Source of the DNA: an uncultured Christensenella sp.
GTDB taxonomy: Bacteria > Bacillota > Clostridia > Christensenellales > UBA1750
Assembly (NCBI GenBank): GCA_948468595.1
Contig: CAOKIU010000003.1
Span: 11,213-75,212 of the forward strand
Length of the DNA: 64,000 nucleotides
Direction of reading: 5' to 3'
The position numbers and the translations under genes were made by a program. This document shows, piece by piece, positions 18,424-29,355 of the stretch (its first letter is position 1; each line of letters starts with the position of its first letter). The notes below the pieces were generated by a model. That model was not told where the DNA came from. It ran no database searches and was given only the letters and a program-made list of their open reading frames with translations.

Positions 18424-19005
18424 CTATTCCGCAAAATCTCCTATCTTGCCAAGCAGGTTTCCGATGCTGTGATACATTCCGGAATAAATCACCGGGTCCA
18501 ACTGCGTGAGATTTACTTCAAACGTATCCGCGCATTCCAGCCGTTCCTCGATTTGGACATTCTTTATGCCGCAAAAGAAGGTGGTGGACGCTCCGGTTAC
18601 AACGGATTGAACCACTTCGCATTCATAGACCCAGCGGCTCGCGTCCAAAACCGGGACATCCAGAACGTCTCCCCGGCTAACGCCATAGGGAATTCGATCT
18701 TTCTTTCCGTCTTTTGCATGATGGCTGCCAAAATAGTCCGTAAGCTCCAGCATGTCCGCGCTGACCAGATTGGCGCTTAGAACGCCGGTTCTCACCACAT
18801 TCTGTTTCGTCGTCTTCTCGCCGAACATGCTGATGACCAGCATGTACGCATTCTCTTCTCCGCTCGTAACGCTAACCCACGTAATCGGGGCAAAATTATG
18901 GGTCCCATCCTCGTTGTTTGTCCCGATGATGAATGTGGGCTGAACGCACATCGAAAAATGCGTTCCGATCGATTTTCTCTTAACGCTGTGCATGCAATCC
19001 TCCAT
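18424..19005 (-). CDS. Flavin reductase-like (FMN-binding split-barrel) family protein
   Basis: 193 aa. FAPITWVSVTS...MLVISM and GVLSANLVS...LELTDYFGSHHAKDGKKD fit the flavin reductase domain pattern. Low-GC like its neighbour. Confidence 0.6.
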   Translation of the reverse strand: MEDCMHSVKRKSIGTHFSMCVQPTFIIGTNNEDGTHNFAPITWVSVTSGEENAYMLVISMFGEKTTKQNVVRTGVLSANLVSADMLELTDYFGSHHAKDGKKDRIPYGVSRGDVLDVPVLDASRWVYECEVVQSVVTGASTTFFCGIKNVQIEERLECADTFEVNLTQLDPVIYSGMYHSIGNLLGKIGDFAE

Positions 19006-19075
19006 CCGGCGGCCGGCCGGTTCGTCTAAGCGCGATAAACGCCCCGCAAACCGAGGTTTCCGGGGCGTCTTGCGC

Positions 19076-19402
19076 TCACCAGCGCCGCATATTGCGGTCG
19101 TGCTTTTCCAGATAGGCCGCCGCGAGCTCCTCAGGCTTGATGCCGTAGCAGAGCAGAACGTCGTTAAAATACATCAGAACGTCGCACAGCTCTTCCACGA
19201 AGTGGCCGCGCACCGGTTCGTCGCTCAGGATGCGTTCATCCCCCTGCTTTTTGATGACGTCCGCCGCCTCGCCCATCTCGATCATCATCCAAAGCAGCAT
19301 ATTGCGCCCCTTTTGGGGGGACAAACCGCCCCACTTCTCCTGGTACTTATTTTGAAGCGCCTGCTGAAGATTCTGCATTGTCCCAAAATCCAAATTCGCC
19401 AT
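19076..19402 (-). CDS. MazG-like nucleotide pyrophosphohydrolase domain protein (108 aa)
   Basis: Only the last 108 codons of track ORF 19076..20062 look coding. ATG 19402 is preceded by GGAGGG. Motifs LLWMMIEMGEAADVIKK...EELCDVLMYF are the EExxE/D-type MazG helices. Confidence 0.7.
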   Translation of the reverse strand: MANLDFGTMQNLQQALQNKYQEKWGGLSPQKGRNMLLWMMIEMGEAADVIKKQGDERILSDEPVRGHFVEELCDVLMYFNDVLLCYGIKPEELAAAYLEKHDRNMRRW

Positions 19403-19565
19403 CGCTTTTACCCTCCTCGCGTTGTCAAAAGATTGCCTAACTTCGTTGAATCCGGATGGATGGGGTTTGCCGCCTCGACCACCCTTCAAAGCACCGCGCC
19501 TTGCTCCTTTTTGGGGAATGGGGCGCCCGGCCAGGTTTATCCGCGCCAAGGGGAGGCGCCGCGGA

Positions 19566-20102
19566 TCACGCCTCGCTCCCCGTAAGCACGTCGATCTGCA
19601 CGCCGCGCAGCACGTCCATGGCCTTTTGATGCAGGGACTCGTCAAAGGAGAGGGTGAGCGCCTCGTTGACCGCGACGCGGCATTCGGGCAGGGCGGCCTT
19701 GCAGACGATGGCGTTGGACAGCACGCACATGTGGGATACCAGGCCGCACAGTTCGATCTGCTCGACGGGGTGTTCCACAAGATAGGCGGCCAATTCGCGG
19801 CTGCCCAGCGCGCCCTTATAAAAGCAGAGGTCCTCTTCATGGCGCCTGAGCGCCACCTCGCCAAAGAGATTCCACCCTTCCGTTCCCTCGATGCAGTGGG
19901 GCACGGGCAGCCTTTTTCCCTCCTGGGTAGCAAGGTAATCCCCATGGTGGGTGTCAAAGGTGAACCACACCTCCCAGCCCTTTGCCCGCGCCCGCTCGAT
20001 GCGGCGGCAGAGGGGGGCCTCCAGCGCCTCGGCGCCGGGGAAGCCCAGCGCGCCGTCGACAAAGTCCCGCTGGTAATCCACCACGATCAGCACGCTGCGC
20101 AC
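19566..20102 (-). CDS. Isochorismatase-family cysteine hydrolase, nicotinamidase (PncA)-like
   Basis: GTG start 6 nt after AAGGAGGGG and 15 nt after the recA stop. VVDYQRDF (Asp), FDTHH...PVPHCIEGTEGW (metal/His-Cys region resembling PncA PHCV.GT.G) and CGLVSHMCV (nucleophile Cys). Confidence 0.7.
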   Translation of the reverse strand: MRSVLIVVDYQRDFVDGALGFPGAEALEAPLCRRIERARAKGWEVWFTFDTHHGDYLATQEGKRLPVPHCIEGTEGWNLFGEVALRRHEEDLCFYKGALGSRELAAYLVEHPVEQIELCGLVSHMCVLSNAIVCKAALPECRVAVNEALTLSFDESLHQKAMDVLRGVQIDVLTGSEA

Positions 20103-20117
20103 GCGCGTCCCCTCCTT

Positions 20118-21254
<1,137 letters not shown>

Positions 21255-21258
21255 TGCT

Positions 21259-21753
21259 TTACTCCCCCTGTTTTTCCTCAATCATGTCCCGAAGCAGTTC
21301 CAGCGCCAACGCGGCGGACTGCTCCCGCACCCTTAAGCGGTCCCCGGAAAACACGCGCCTTTCAACGCGCTCCCGCTCGCCGCACTTCACGCCGAAATAG
21401 ACCAAACCCACGGGCTTTTCCGCCGTGCCGCCGTCCGGCCCCGCGATGCCGGTGACGGCTATGGCGCAATCGCTGCCTGTATAATCGCATATCCCATGCA
21501 CCATTTCCAGTGCACACTCGCCGCTGACCGCGCCAAATTTCTGTAAAGTTTCGGGCAGCACGCCCAGCGTGCGCATTTTGGCCTCGTTGGAGTAGCACAC
21601 GCAGCCCTCCAAGAGCGCGGCGCTAACGCCGGGGCAGTCCACCAGCGCCGCGGCGATCATGCCGCCGGTGCAGGATTCCGCCAGGGAAACCGTCTTCTTT
21701 TCCCGGAGCATGAGGTCCACGACCTCCCGGGCGATGATCTGAAGCTGCGTCAT
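21259..21753 (-). CDS. pncC: CinA C-terminal-domain-only protein (nicotinamide-nucleotide amidohydrolase PncC-like)
   Basis: 164 aa. [18 protein letters not shown] and [11 protein letters not shown] match the CinA/PncC domain. The N-terminal MoCF-binding domain of full-length CinA is absent. Confidence 0.85.
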   Translation of the reverse strand: MTQLQIIAREVVDLMLREKKTVSLAESCTGGMIAAALVDCPGVSAALLEGCVCYSNEAKMRTLGVLPETLQKFGAVSGECALEMVHGICDYTGSDCAIAVTGIAGPDGGTAEKPVGLVYFGVKCGERERVERRVFSGDRLRVREQSAALALELLRDMIEEKQGE

Positions 21754-21762
21754 GGTGTTTTT

Positions 21763-22314
21763 TTACTCCTTGTCCATCAGCACCTGTTTGTTTTTGACGA
21801 TGTAATCCACGCCCGACCAGATGGTAAAGACCACCGCGGCAAGCTCGGCCACCTTATCCATGCGGAAGCCGATGAAGCGGAACGGGAAGTTGTTGAGCAG
21901 CAGTAAAATGATGGCGATGATTTGCGTGGTGGTCTTGATCTTGCCCAGCTTGCCGGCCGCCAGCACCACGCGGTTGTCCGCCGCGATGAGGCGAAAGCCG
22001 CTGATGATGAACTCACGCGAGAGGATGATGATGCAGCTGGCCGCCGTCATGCGCCCGTCGCCCACCAGCAAAATGAAGGCGGAGGCCACCAGCAGCTTGT
22101 CGGCGATGGGGTCCATGAACTTGCCGAAGTTCGTCACCTCGTTGCGGCTGCGCGCGAGGTAGCCGTCCACCCAGTCGGTCAGCGCCGCCACCACGAAGAT
22201 GATGGTGGGGATGACGCGCCCGCCCGGCCCGTCAAAGAAGTAGTAACTCGCCACAAACACCGGGATCAGACAGATGCGCGCGATCGTCACCTTGCTGGCG
22301 ATGGTCAGCTTCAT
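21763..22314 (-). CDS. pgsA: CDP-diacylglycerol--glycerol-3-phosphate 3-phosphatidyltransferase
   Basis: 183 aa with CDP-alcohol phosphatidyltransferase motif DGYLAR...G...DPIADK. Confidence 0.9.
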   Translation of the reverse strand: MKLTIASKVTIARICLIPVFVASYYFFDGPGGRVIPTIIFVVAALTDWVDGYLARSRNEVTNFGKFMDPIADKLLVASAFILLVGDGRMTAASCIIILSREFIISGFRLIAADNRVVLAAGKLGKIKTTTQIIAIILLLLNNFPFRFIGFRMDKVAELAAVVFTIWSGVDYIVKNKQVLMDKE

Positions 22315-23627
22315 TCCAGCACCCCCGTCACATCGTAATCCTGCGCGTCCACAATCCTGACCCGGACAAAGCTGCCGATTTCAAGACCGTCCGCGAGCTT
22401 GACATACACCTTGCCGTCCGTCTCCGGCGCCTCCCACTGGGACCGGCCGTAGTACAGGCCGCTCTCCTCACGCCCTTCGATGAGCACCTCGCAAACGCTG
22501 CCCACGCGGCTGCGGTTAAACGCGCGGGAGATCGCCTTCTGCGCGCGCATGATGGCGCCGGCGCGGGCCTTGCGCACGCGCGGGGGCACCTGGTCCTGCC
22601 GCGCGGCCGCGGGCGTTCCCTCCTCCTCGGAAAAGGGGAATACGCCCAGCCGGTCAAAGGGGCATTCCTTAATAAAGGCCATGAGCTCCTCAAACTGCTC
22701 CTCCGTCTCGCCCGGGAAGCCGGCAATCATCGTGGTGCGCAGCGCAAAGCCGCCAAGGTCGCGGATTCTTTGGTAGAGCGCGCGGATGAGCGCGCTGTCG
22801 CCCCGACGGTTCATCTCCTTGAGCACCTTGTCGTTGATGTGCTGCAAGGGAATGTCCAGATAGGGGCAGACCTTGGGATTCTCCTTCATCACGCGCAGCA
22901 GCTCGCCGTCGATGAGTTCGGGATAGCAGTACAGCGCCCGCACCCAATGCACGCCCTCTATGGCCGCCACGCGCTCCAACAGCTGAGCCAGCTTTGGCGC
23001 GTGGTAGAGATCCTTGCCGTAGTAGGTGGTGTCCTGCGCGATGAGCACGATCTCCTTGGCGCCCTTCGCGGCCAGGGCGCGCACCTCGTCCTCGATGTTC
23101 TCCATGGGGCGGGAGACGTAGTTGCCGCGGATATAGGGGATGGCGCAGAAAGCGCAGCGGTTGTTGCACCCGTCGGCAATCTTGACATAGGCGGTGTAGC
23201 CGGGCGTGGTGAGCACGCGCTCCACGCCTTCCAGGTAGCGGTAGTCCGCCGCGGCATCCACCACGCGGGCGCCGCTCATGCAGTCTCTAACCACCTTAGC
23301 GATCTTCTCCGTCTCGCCAATGCCCAGGAAGGCGTCCACCTCCGGCATCTCCTCGGGCAGCTCGTCGATATACCGCTTGGACAGGCATCCGGTGACGATG
23401 AGCGCTTTGAGGTTCTCCCGCTTGTAGTCCGCCATTTCCAGGATCGCGTCGATGGACTCCTGTTTGGCGTCCTCAATAAAGCCGCAGGTGTTGACGATGA
23501 TGGCGTCCGCCTGACGCGGGTCCGACTCCAGTTCAAAGCCCTCGCGGGCCAGCACGCCCAGCATCACTTCCGCGTCCACGCGGTTCTTCGCACAGCCCAG
23601 CGAGACCATTCCAATTTTAATTCCCAC
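22311..23627 (-). CDS. rimO: Ribosomal protein S12 methylthiotransferase RimO
   Basis: GTG 23627 lies 10 nt after the ftsK stop (GAGGAG upstream). N-terminal VSLGCAKNRVDAE, radical-SAM CNNRCAFCAIP, C-terminal TRAM domain. Confidence 0.9.
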   Translation of the reverse strand: MGIKIGMVSLGCAKNRVDAEVMLGVLAREGFELESDPRQADAIIVNTCGFIEDAKQESIDAILEMADYKRENLKALIVTGCLSKRYIDELPEEMPEVDAFLGIGETEKIAKVVRDCMSGARVVDAAADYRYLEGVERVLTTPGYTAYVKIADGCNNRCAFCAIPYIRGNYVSRPMENIEDEVRALAAKGAKEIVLIAQDTTYYGKDLYHAPKLAQLLERVAAIEGVHWVRALYCYPELIDGELLRVMKENPKVCPYLDIPLQHINDKVLKEMNRRGDSALIRALYQRIRDLGGFALRTTMIAGFPGETEEQFEELMAFIKECPFDRLGVFPFSEEEGTPAAARQDQVPPRVRKARAGAIMRAQKAISRAFNRSRVGSVCEVLIEGREESGLYYGRSQWEAPETDGKVYVKLADGLEIGSFVRVRIVDAQDYDVTGVLE

Positions 23628-23634
23628 GTGTATC

Positions 23635-26466
23635 CTACTCCTCGTCCTCTTCATAGGGTGCGGCGTTGGGCTCCACCCCCGCCATTTGATAAAACTGTTC
23701 GCGCGTGATGAGCGGCTTGCGCGGCTTTGACCCTTCAAAGCCGGAAATGCAGCCCTTCTGCTCCATTTGGTCGAGGATGCGGCCCGCCCGCGCGTAGCCC
23801 ACGCGGTACTTGCGCTGGATCATGGATGCGGAGATCTGCCCCGCGTCCAGGGCCAGCTCCACGCACTCCATCATCAGCGGGTCCATGTCCTCCTCCTGCT
23901 TGTCCTCATCCTTTTGCTTCTTATCCGCGTTCTCCACGTCCTTTAGGGCGTCGATGACGCTTTGGTCGTACTGCGCGGTGGTCTTTTCCTTGACAAAGTC
24001 CACAAGCGAGGTCACTTCGTCGTCATTGATAAAGGCGCCCTGCACGCGGATGGCCTTGCTCGCGCCGCTGGGATCAAAGAGCATATCGCCCCGGCCCAAC
24101 AGCTTTTCCGCCCCGCCAATGCCCAGGATCGTGCGGCTATCCACCTGCGAGGCCACGGCAAAGGCGATGCGCGAGGGCACGTTGGCCTTGATCAGGCCCG
24201 TGATGACATCCACCGAGGGGCGCTGCGTGGCGATCACCAGATGGATGCCCGCCGCGCGCGCCAGCTGCGTCAGGCGGCAGATCTTCTGCTCCACGTCGTT
24301 TTGCGCCACCATCATCAGGTCCGCCAGCTCGTCGATGATCACCACGATCTGCGGCATGGGGTCCAGTCCCGCTTTTACGGCGTACTTGTTGTATCCCTTT
24401 AGGTCGCGCACCACGGCGGTTTCAAACTTCTTGTAGCGGTCGGTCATCTCCTGCACCGCCCAGCCCAGGGCGCCGGCGGCCTTCTTGGGATCGGAGACCA
24501 CGGGCACCAAAAGGTGCGGGATGCCGTTGTATACGCTCAGCTCCACCACCTTGGGGTCCACCATGATGAGCTTAACCTCATCGGGCGTGGCCTTATAGAG
24601 GATGGAGGCGATGATGGAGTTGATGCAGACGGACTTGCCCGATCCCGTCGCGCCCGCGATGAGCAGGTGCGGCATGCGGGCCAGGTCCGCCACCACCGGG
24701 GTGCCGGCAATGTCCTTGCCCAGCGCCACGGCCAGCTTGGAGGGATGCTCCTGGAACTCCTTGCTCTCCAGCACCTCGCGCAGGGTGACCGTGGCGATGG
24801 AGGAATTGGCGATCTCAATGCCCACGGCGGACTTTCCCGGCACGGGCGCCTCGATGCGCACGCCGCCCAGCGCCGCCATGTTCAGGGCGATGTCGTCGGC
24901 AAGGCCGGTGATCTTGGAGACCTTTACCCCGCGCGCCGGCTGCAATTCATACCGCGTGATGGCCGGGCCCCTGGCCACGTTAATGACCTTGGCCTCGATG
25001 CCAAAGGAGAGCAGCGTCTCCTCCAGCAGCTCCACCTTGTGCTGCTGCTCGGCCTCCTGCTCGTGGTCGCGCACGGGGTCGGGCAGCTTGGCCGGCGAAA
25101 GCAGGGTCAGCGGCGGGAAGCGATAGGGCGGGATGACCTCCGGGTCAATGACCGGCGTGGATTCCGCGCCGTATTGATACTCCACTTCCTTGGCCGGCGA
25201 GATCTCCTTGGGCTTGTCCACCACCAGGTTGGGCAGCTCCCGCGCGGGCGGGATTTCCTCCTGCCCGCCGTCTGCGTCGTCGTCAAAGTCGCTGATGGAG
25301 GGATTGCGGTCTATGGGTTCAAACTTGACCACCTTGGGGTGCTCCGGGGCGGGCGGGCGGGGCGCTTCCGCGCTCTTGCCGGGTTCCTCCGCTGCGACGG
25401 GCTTGATCACGGGCACGATTTCCAGGGGCACGTATTCCTCGTCCTCCTCCGGCTCCGCGGCGTCCTCCCAAGGGGGTGTGGCATCGTCCGCCTCTTCGGC
25501 CCGCGGGCCGGCCCGGTCCTCCCGCGCCTCGTCCGGCGCGCCGGCCGTCCGCTTAAACAGCTCGAAGCGGGGCAGCGTCTTTGTCGGGGCTTCGAAAATC
25601 TCCCCCTCCTCCAGCTCCTCCCGGTCTGTCAGCGGGGTCATGCGGGGTTCCGGCGCGTCCGCGTGCGCGGGGCCGGTCACATGCTCGTTGCGCAGCGCCG
25701 CGCGCTCTTCCCGGACGGGCGCCGCGGCTTCCAAGTCCATGCGCGCTTGCTCCGCCCGGCGCTGCTCGCGGGCCAGTTCGCGCTCCTGGGCGCGCGCCTG
25801 GCTGTGGGTGCGCACGTTTTGGCGCACCTTGCGGCCGGTTGTGACCGCCGCCTCGCTCACCCGCTGCGCGGTTTGGCGCATGGACAGCTTGCCCAGCACA
25901 AAGATGCAGCCCACAATCAGGGCGATGGTGAGGATCCAGCAACCCGCGCTGCCCAGCAGCGCCCGCATGGGAAAGGTGATCGCGCCGCCCACCGCGCCGG
26001 AGGCGACGTGATGCGCCTGTCCGTAGGCGTAGGACCCCACGATATAATCCCAGTAGCCCGCGCTCTGCTTGCTCTCCATGATCTGCGAAAGGATCTTGCC
26101 GTCAAAGATCATGTGGTTGATCACAAAGATCATCAGCACCGTAAGGCTGGTCAGGGCGAGCTTCCCCGCCTGCAATTGCAGCTTCTTGGCGATGAGCACG
26201 ATCCATCCCACGATGCACAGCAGCACAGGCACGATATAGGCGCCCAAGCCGAAAAGGCCGAACATGACGCTGGCCATTCCCTGGCCCAGCAGCCCCGCGC
26301 CGCCCATGACCACCGCGGCAAAGGCAAAGACGCCGGCAACAATCAGACCAAAGCCCACGACCTCCTGTCCCATGGGCTTCTTCTGATTTCTCTTATTGTT
26401 TTTACGCGGCCCTTTCTTGCCTGCGGCGGGCGATCTGCCGTTGCTTTTCTTCCTATCCGTCGCCAT
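23635..26466 (-). CDS. ftsK: DNA translocase FtsK/SpoIIIE
   Basis: 943 aa. N-terminal TM helices, Pro/Glu/Ala-rich linker, motor domain with GATGSGKS Walker A, C-terminal gamma (winged-helix) domain. Confidence 0.95.
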   Translation of the reverse strand: MATDRKKSNGRSPAAGKKGPRKNNKRNQKKPMGQEVVGFGLIVAGVFAFAAVVMGGAGLLGQGMASVMFGLFGLGAYIVPVLLCIVGWIVLIAKKLQLQAGKLALTSLTVLMIFVINHMIFDGKILSQIMESKQSAGYWDYIVGSYAYGQAHHVASGAVGGAITFPMRALLGSAGCWILTIALIVGCIFVLGKLSMRQTAQRVSEAAVTTGRKVRQNVRTHSQARAQERELAREQRRAEQARMDLEAAAPVREERAALRNEHVTGPAHADAPEPRMTPLTDREELEEGEIFEAPTKTLPRFELFKRTAGAPDEAREDRAGPRAEEADDATPPWEDAAEPEEDEEYVPLEIVPVIKPVAAEEPGKSAEAPRPPAPEHPKVVKFEPIDRNPSISDFDDDADGGQEEIPPARELPNLVVDKPKEISPAKEVEYQYGAESTPVIDPEVIPPYRFPPLTLLSPAKLPDPVRDHEQEAEQQHKVELLEETLLSFGIEAKVINVARGPAITRYELQPARGVKVSKITGLADDIALNMAALGGVRIEAPVPGKSAVGIEIANSSIATVTLREVLESKEFQEHPSKLAVALGKDIAGTPVVADLARMPHLLIAGATGSGKSVCINSIIASILYKATPDEVKLIMVDPKVVELSVYNGIPHLLVPVVSDPKKAAGALGWAVQEMTDRYKKFETAVVRDLKGYNKYAVKAGLDPMPQIVVIIDELADLMMVAQNDVEQKICRLTQLARAAGIHLVIATQRPSVDVITGLIKANVPSRIAFAVASQVDSRTILGIGGAEKLLGRGDMLFDPSGASKAIRVQGAFINDDEVTSLVDFVKEKTTAQYDQSVIDALKDVENADKKQKDEDKQEEDMDPLMMECVELALDAGQISASMIQRKYRVGYARAGRILDQMEQKGCISGFEGSKPRKPLITREQFYQMAGVEPNAAPYEEDEE

Positions 26467-26556
26467 TTTTCGTCCACAATCTCCTTCCCGCGCACCATTG
26501 CACCGTAACTTAAATTAATTCTACGTCAAAGGAATAAACCCCTTCCCCGCATCCGC

Positions 26557-27108
26557 TCAAACCTCGCCGAAATCGGCCAGGTCCCCATCCGGGACAAACG
26601 CCTCCAGCTTGGGCAGATCCTCCAGGGAGGACAGGGCGAAGTGCTGCAAAAACCTCTCCGTCGTGCCGTAGAGAATGGGCCGGCCGATGCTCTCCTTCCG
26701 CCCCACCTCCTCGATGAGGCCGTGCTTGACCAGCGTCAGCATCGCGCGGTCGCACTGCACGCCGCGAATCTGCTCCACCTCCATGCGCGTGATGGGCTGG
26801 CGGTAGGCCACCACCGCCAGGGTTTCCAGCGCCGCCTGCGTCAGCGTCTGACGGCGCACGGGCTTGAGCACCTTTTCGATCAGGTCCATGTACTCCGGCC
26901 GCGTCACCAGCTGCAAGCTGCCCTCATAGCGCATCAGCCGCATGCCGCGGCCCTTGGCGTATCGCAGCGCCAATCCCTTAAGCGCCGCATCGAACGCCTC
27001 GGGCGTCACGTCCATGGCCTGCATCAGCGCGTCGATGGACACCGGCTCGCCCGAGGCAAAGAGCACCGCCTCAAGCGCCGATATCCTCTCCTCCAGCGTA
27101 TCCGCCAT
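26557..27108 (-). CDS. scpB: Segregation and condensation protein B
   Basis: MADTLEERISALEAVLFASGEPVSIDAL is a typical ScpB N-terminus. ATG 27108 chosen (the track ORF begins at 27141). Overlaps the scpA 3' end. Confidence 0.9.
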   Translation of the reverse strand: MADTLEERISALEAVLFASGEPVSIDALMQAMDVTPEAFDAALKGLALRYAKGRGMRLMRYEGSLQLVTRPEYMDLIEKVLKPVRRQTLTQAALETLAVVAYRQPITRMEVEQIRGVQCDRAMLTLVKHGLIEEVGRKESIGRPILYGTTERFLQHFALSSLEDLPKLEAFVPDGDLADFGEV

Positions 27109-27832
27109 CGGCCCCTTCCCCCTTTCCCTCTCGGATGACAATGGGCGCGTAAATCCCCTCCTGCATCAGCACGATGCGGTTGGCCCGGTTGAGTTCCAGC
27201 AGCGCCAGAAAGGTGGTGACGATCTCCGAGCGCGTCGCGTCGGTGGGGAACAGGTCGTAAAACCGCACCTGACCATAGAGCAGCACGCGCCCCAGGACGC
27301 GCAGCATGCACTCCCGGATGGTAAAGGGCTCCCGCTGGATGCGCCTTGCCGTGGCGCCGGGGGCCTGCTCCGCGCGCTCGGCGCGCAGCAGCACGTTCAA
27401 AAACGCCTGCTGCAACGCCTTTAAGGACATGCTGCCCAGCTCCACCTTGGTCTCCATCACCATCTCCATGGGCAGGCGCCAGACCGTATCCCCCGCCTCC
27501 TCCTCGTGCGCGCGCAGGGCCTTGCCCGCCTCCTTGATGCGGCGGTACTCCTCCAGCCTGCGCAGCAGCACCTCCTTGGGGTCCTCCTCCTCGTCCTTGG
27601 GGGGCTTGGGCAGCAGCGCGCGGGACTTGATCTCCATCAGCGTTGCCGCCATCTGCAAAAACTCGCTCGCCGTGTCCATGTCAAGGCCGGAAAGGTCCTC
27701 CATGGAGGCCAAATACTGCTCCGTGATTTGGGAGACGAAGATCTCCTCAATGCGCACCTTCGCCCGCCCGATCAGGTGCAGCAATAAATCCAGCGGCCCC
27801 TCGAAGTCCTGAAGCCGTACAACATAAGCCAT
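27071..27832 (-). CDS. scpA: Segregation and condensation protein A
   Basis: 253 aa. FEGPLDLLLHLI is the canonical ScpA start. Confidence 0.9.
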   Translation of the reverse strand: MAYVVRLQDFEGPLDLLLHLIGRAKVRIEEIFVSQITEQYLASMEDLSGLDMDTASEFLQMAATLMEIKSRALLPKPPKDEEEDPKEVLLRRLEEYRRIKEAGKALRAHEEEAGDTVWRLPMEMVMETKVELGSMSLKALQQAFLNVLLRAERAEQAPGATARRIQREPFTIRECMLRVLGRVLLYGQVRFYDLFPTDATRSEIVTTFLALLELNRANRIVLMQEGIYAPIVIREGKGEGADGGYAGGEDIGA

Positions 27833-27853
27833 GTTTTAATTCCCTCGAACCTT

Positions 27854-28471
27854 TCAGCCGAACAGTTTGAAAAACAGCGCCAGGGAAATTCCCTGCGCAA
27901 AGCCCAGATACCTGCCCAACACGCCGGTAAAGGAGAGGGCCAGCAGGATCAGCACGCCATAGCGCTCCAGCTGTAGGATTCCCCGGGCCCACTTCAGCGG
28001 CAGGAAGGCGCGCAGCACGTGAAAGCCGTCCAGCGGCGGCAGGGGCAGCAGGTTCAAAAAGCATAGGGTGAGGTTGACCTGCGACCCAGCGAGCAGAAAA
28101 GGGCTCCACATGCCGTCGGGCAGAAGCGAAAACAGCGCAAAGAGCGTTGCCGCGGCGAGAAAATTGGACGCCGGCCCCATCGCCGAGACCGCCGCCTCGC
28201 CCCAGGCGCGGCCCTTGAGGTTTCCCGGGACAATGTGCACCGGCCGCGCGTAGCCCCAGCCCAGCAGCACAAAGAGCAGCATGCCCACCCAATCGATGTG
28301 CGCCGAGGGGTTGAGCGTCAAGCGCCCCTCCAGGCGCGGGGTGCCGTCCCCCAGCCGCACCGCCATGGCCGCATGGCTGAATTCATGGATGGTAAAGCCG
28401 ATCACCAGCCCCGGCAAAAGGAACAGGAGATTTTGCAGCCACTCCAGGGGATTGCGCATCATTCCCAACAC
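27854..28471 (-). CDS. Site-2 protease family (M50) membrane metallopeptidase
   Basis: 205 aa polytopic protein with HEFSHA (HExxH) and a downstream LPLPPLDG motif. Confidence 0.85.
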   Translation of the reverse strand: MLGMMRNPLEWLQNLLFLLPGLVIGFTIHEFSHAAMAVRLGDGTPRLEGRLTLNPSAHIDWVGMLLFVLLGWGYARPVHIVPGNLKGRAWGEAAVSAMGPASNFLAAATLFALFSLLPDGMWSPFLLAGSQVNLTLCFLNLLPLPPLDGFHVLRAFLPLKWARGILQLERYGVLILLALSFTGVLGRYLGFAQGISLALFFKLFG

Positions 28472-28506
28472 GCCTCTCCACCTCCCGCAAAAATTCCAAC
28501 TATAGA

Positions 28507-28535
28507 ATTATACCAAAAAAATGCGCATATGGCAA
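28507..28535 (-). promoter_or_regulatory. Sigma-A-like promoter for the M50-scpAB-ftsK array
   Basis: Minus strand reads TTGCCA - 17 nt - TATAAT, with a TGG just upstream of the -10. Confidence 0.5.
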
Positions 28536-28728
28536 TGCATTTGTGCGCCGGCGCGAAATGCACCGCCGGCCGGCTGCATTTTTGCAAGGCGCGCCGCAAA
28601 AAAATTCGCTTGGAAGTGAAAAACGCCGCTGTGTACGGTTTTAAACGTGCCTAACGCGGCGCAGCGGCGCGCGGGCGCGGATTTTTAAGAAAATGCGCAT
28701 GAAAATCACCGCAAAGCGGAAAAATTCG

Positions 28729-28757
28729 TTTACAACGCGCCTTTGGCATGGTACAAT
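28729..28757 (+). promoter_or_regulatory. Sigma-A-like promoter for rpsO
   Basis: TTTACA - 17 nt - TACAAT with upstream TGG; leaves a leader of about 100 nt. Confidence 0.5.
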
Positions 28758-28860
28758 ATAACGTGGCTTGAACCGCGAACGGGGGGCCGCGCCACGCACG
28801 ACGCATCACTCGGTTCGACGGCGATTGACGATATTTTTGAAAAGCGAGGTAACGACAAAC

Positions 28861-29127
28861 ATGGACAAGGCGAGAAAGACGGAGATCATCCAAAAGTACG
28901 GCCGCCACGAGGGCGATACCGGTTCCCCCGAGGTGCAGGTCGCGCTGCTGACCGAGCGCATCAACCACCTCAATGAGGACCACCTCAAGAACAACAAGAA
29001 CGATCACCACTCCCGCCGCGGTCTGCTGATCATGGTTGGTAAGCGCCGCGGTCTGCTGGACTATCTCAAGAAGGTGGACGTGGTCCGCTATCGTTCCCTG
29101 ATTGCCGAACTCAACGTTCGCAAGTAA
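28861..29127 (+). CDS. rpsO: 30S ribosomal protein S15
   Basis: 88 aa from ATG 28861: [42 protein letters not shown]...[18 protein letters not shown]. Confidence 0.97.
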   Translation: MDKARKTEIIQKYGRHEGDTGSPEVQVALLTERINHLNEDHLKNNKNDHHSRRGLLIMVGKRRGLLDYLKKVDVVRYRSLIAELNVRK

Positions 29128-29355
29128 GCACAGCAACTGCCGGAAAGCCGTGTATCTATCAAGCGCGGCTTTTCGGCTGTCTGTTATATTCCCTTTCCGT
29201 TTCCTCACCGGCCCGACCGCCCGCAAAGGGTTATTTTCGCACCGCGTGTGGCGTGGGGTTTGCCGAATCCTTTCCCGCCAAAGGGTTGGACAAACTCCGC
29301 GCACGGGGGCGCGGCCTTTTGCGGGCTCACCTGAGAAAGGAGCCTAGGCACACAC

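Noticed and set aside
17500-19005. Calling the low-GC patch a mobile element.
   Set aside because: I found no integrase, transposase, flanking direct or inverted repeats, or adjacent tRNA. Only the compositional anomaly is supportable.
19076-19402. Reading the MazG-like gene as part of a MazEF-type toxin-antitoxin module.
   Set aside because: No MazF/MazE-like small gene pair is adjacent. The protein is the stand-alone all-alpha NTP pyrophosphohydrolase type.
19403-20062. The N-terminal 220 codons of the 328-aa ORF 19076..20062, read as part of a larger protein.
   Set aside because: That part overlaps the well-supported PncA-like gene in another frame and is Arg/Pro/Ala-rich. Only the last 108 codons (MazG-like, with its own GGAGGG-ATG) look coding.
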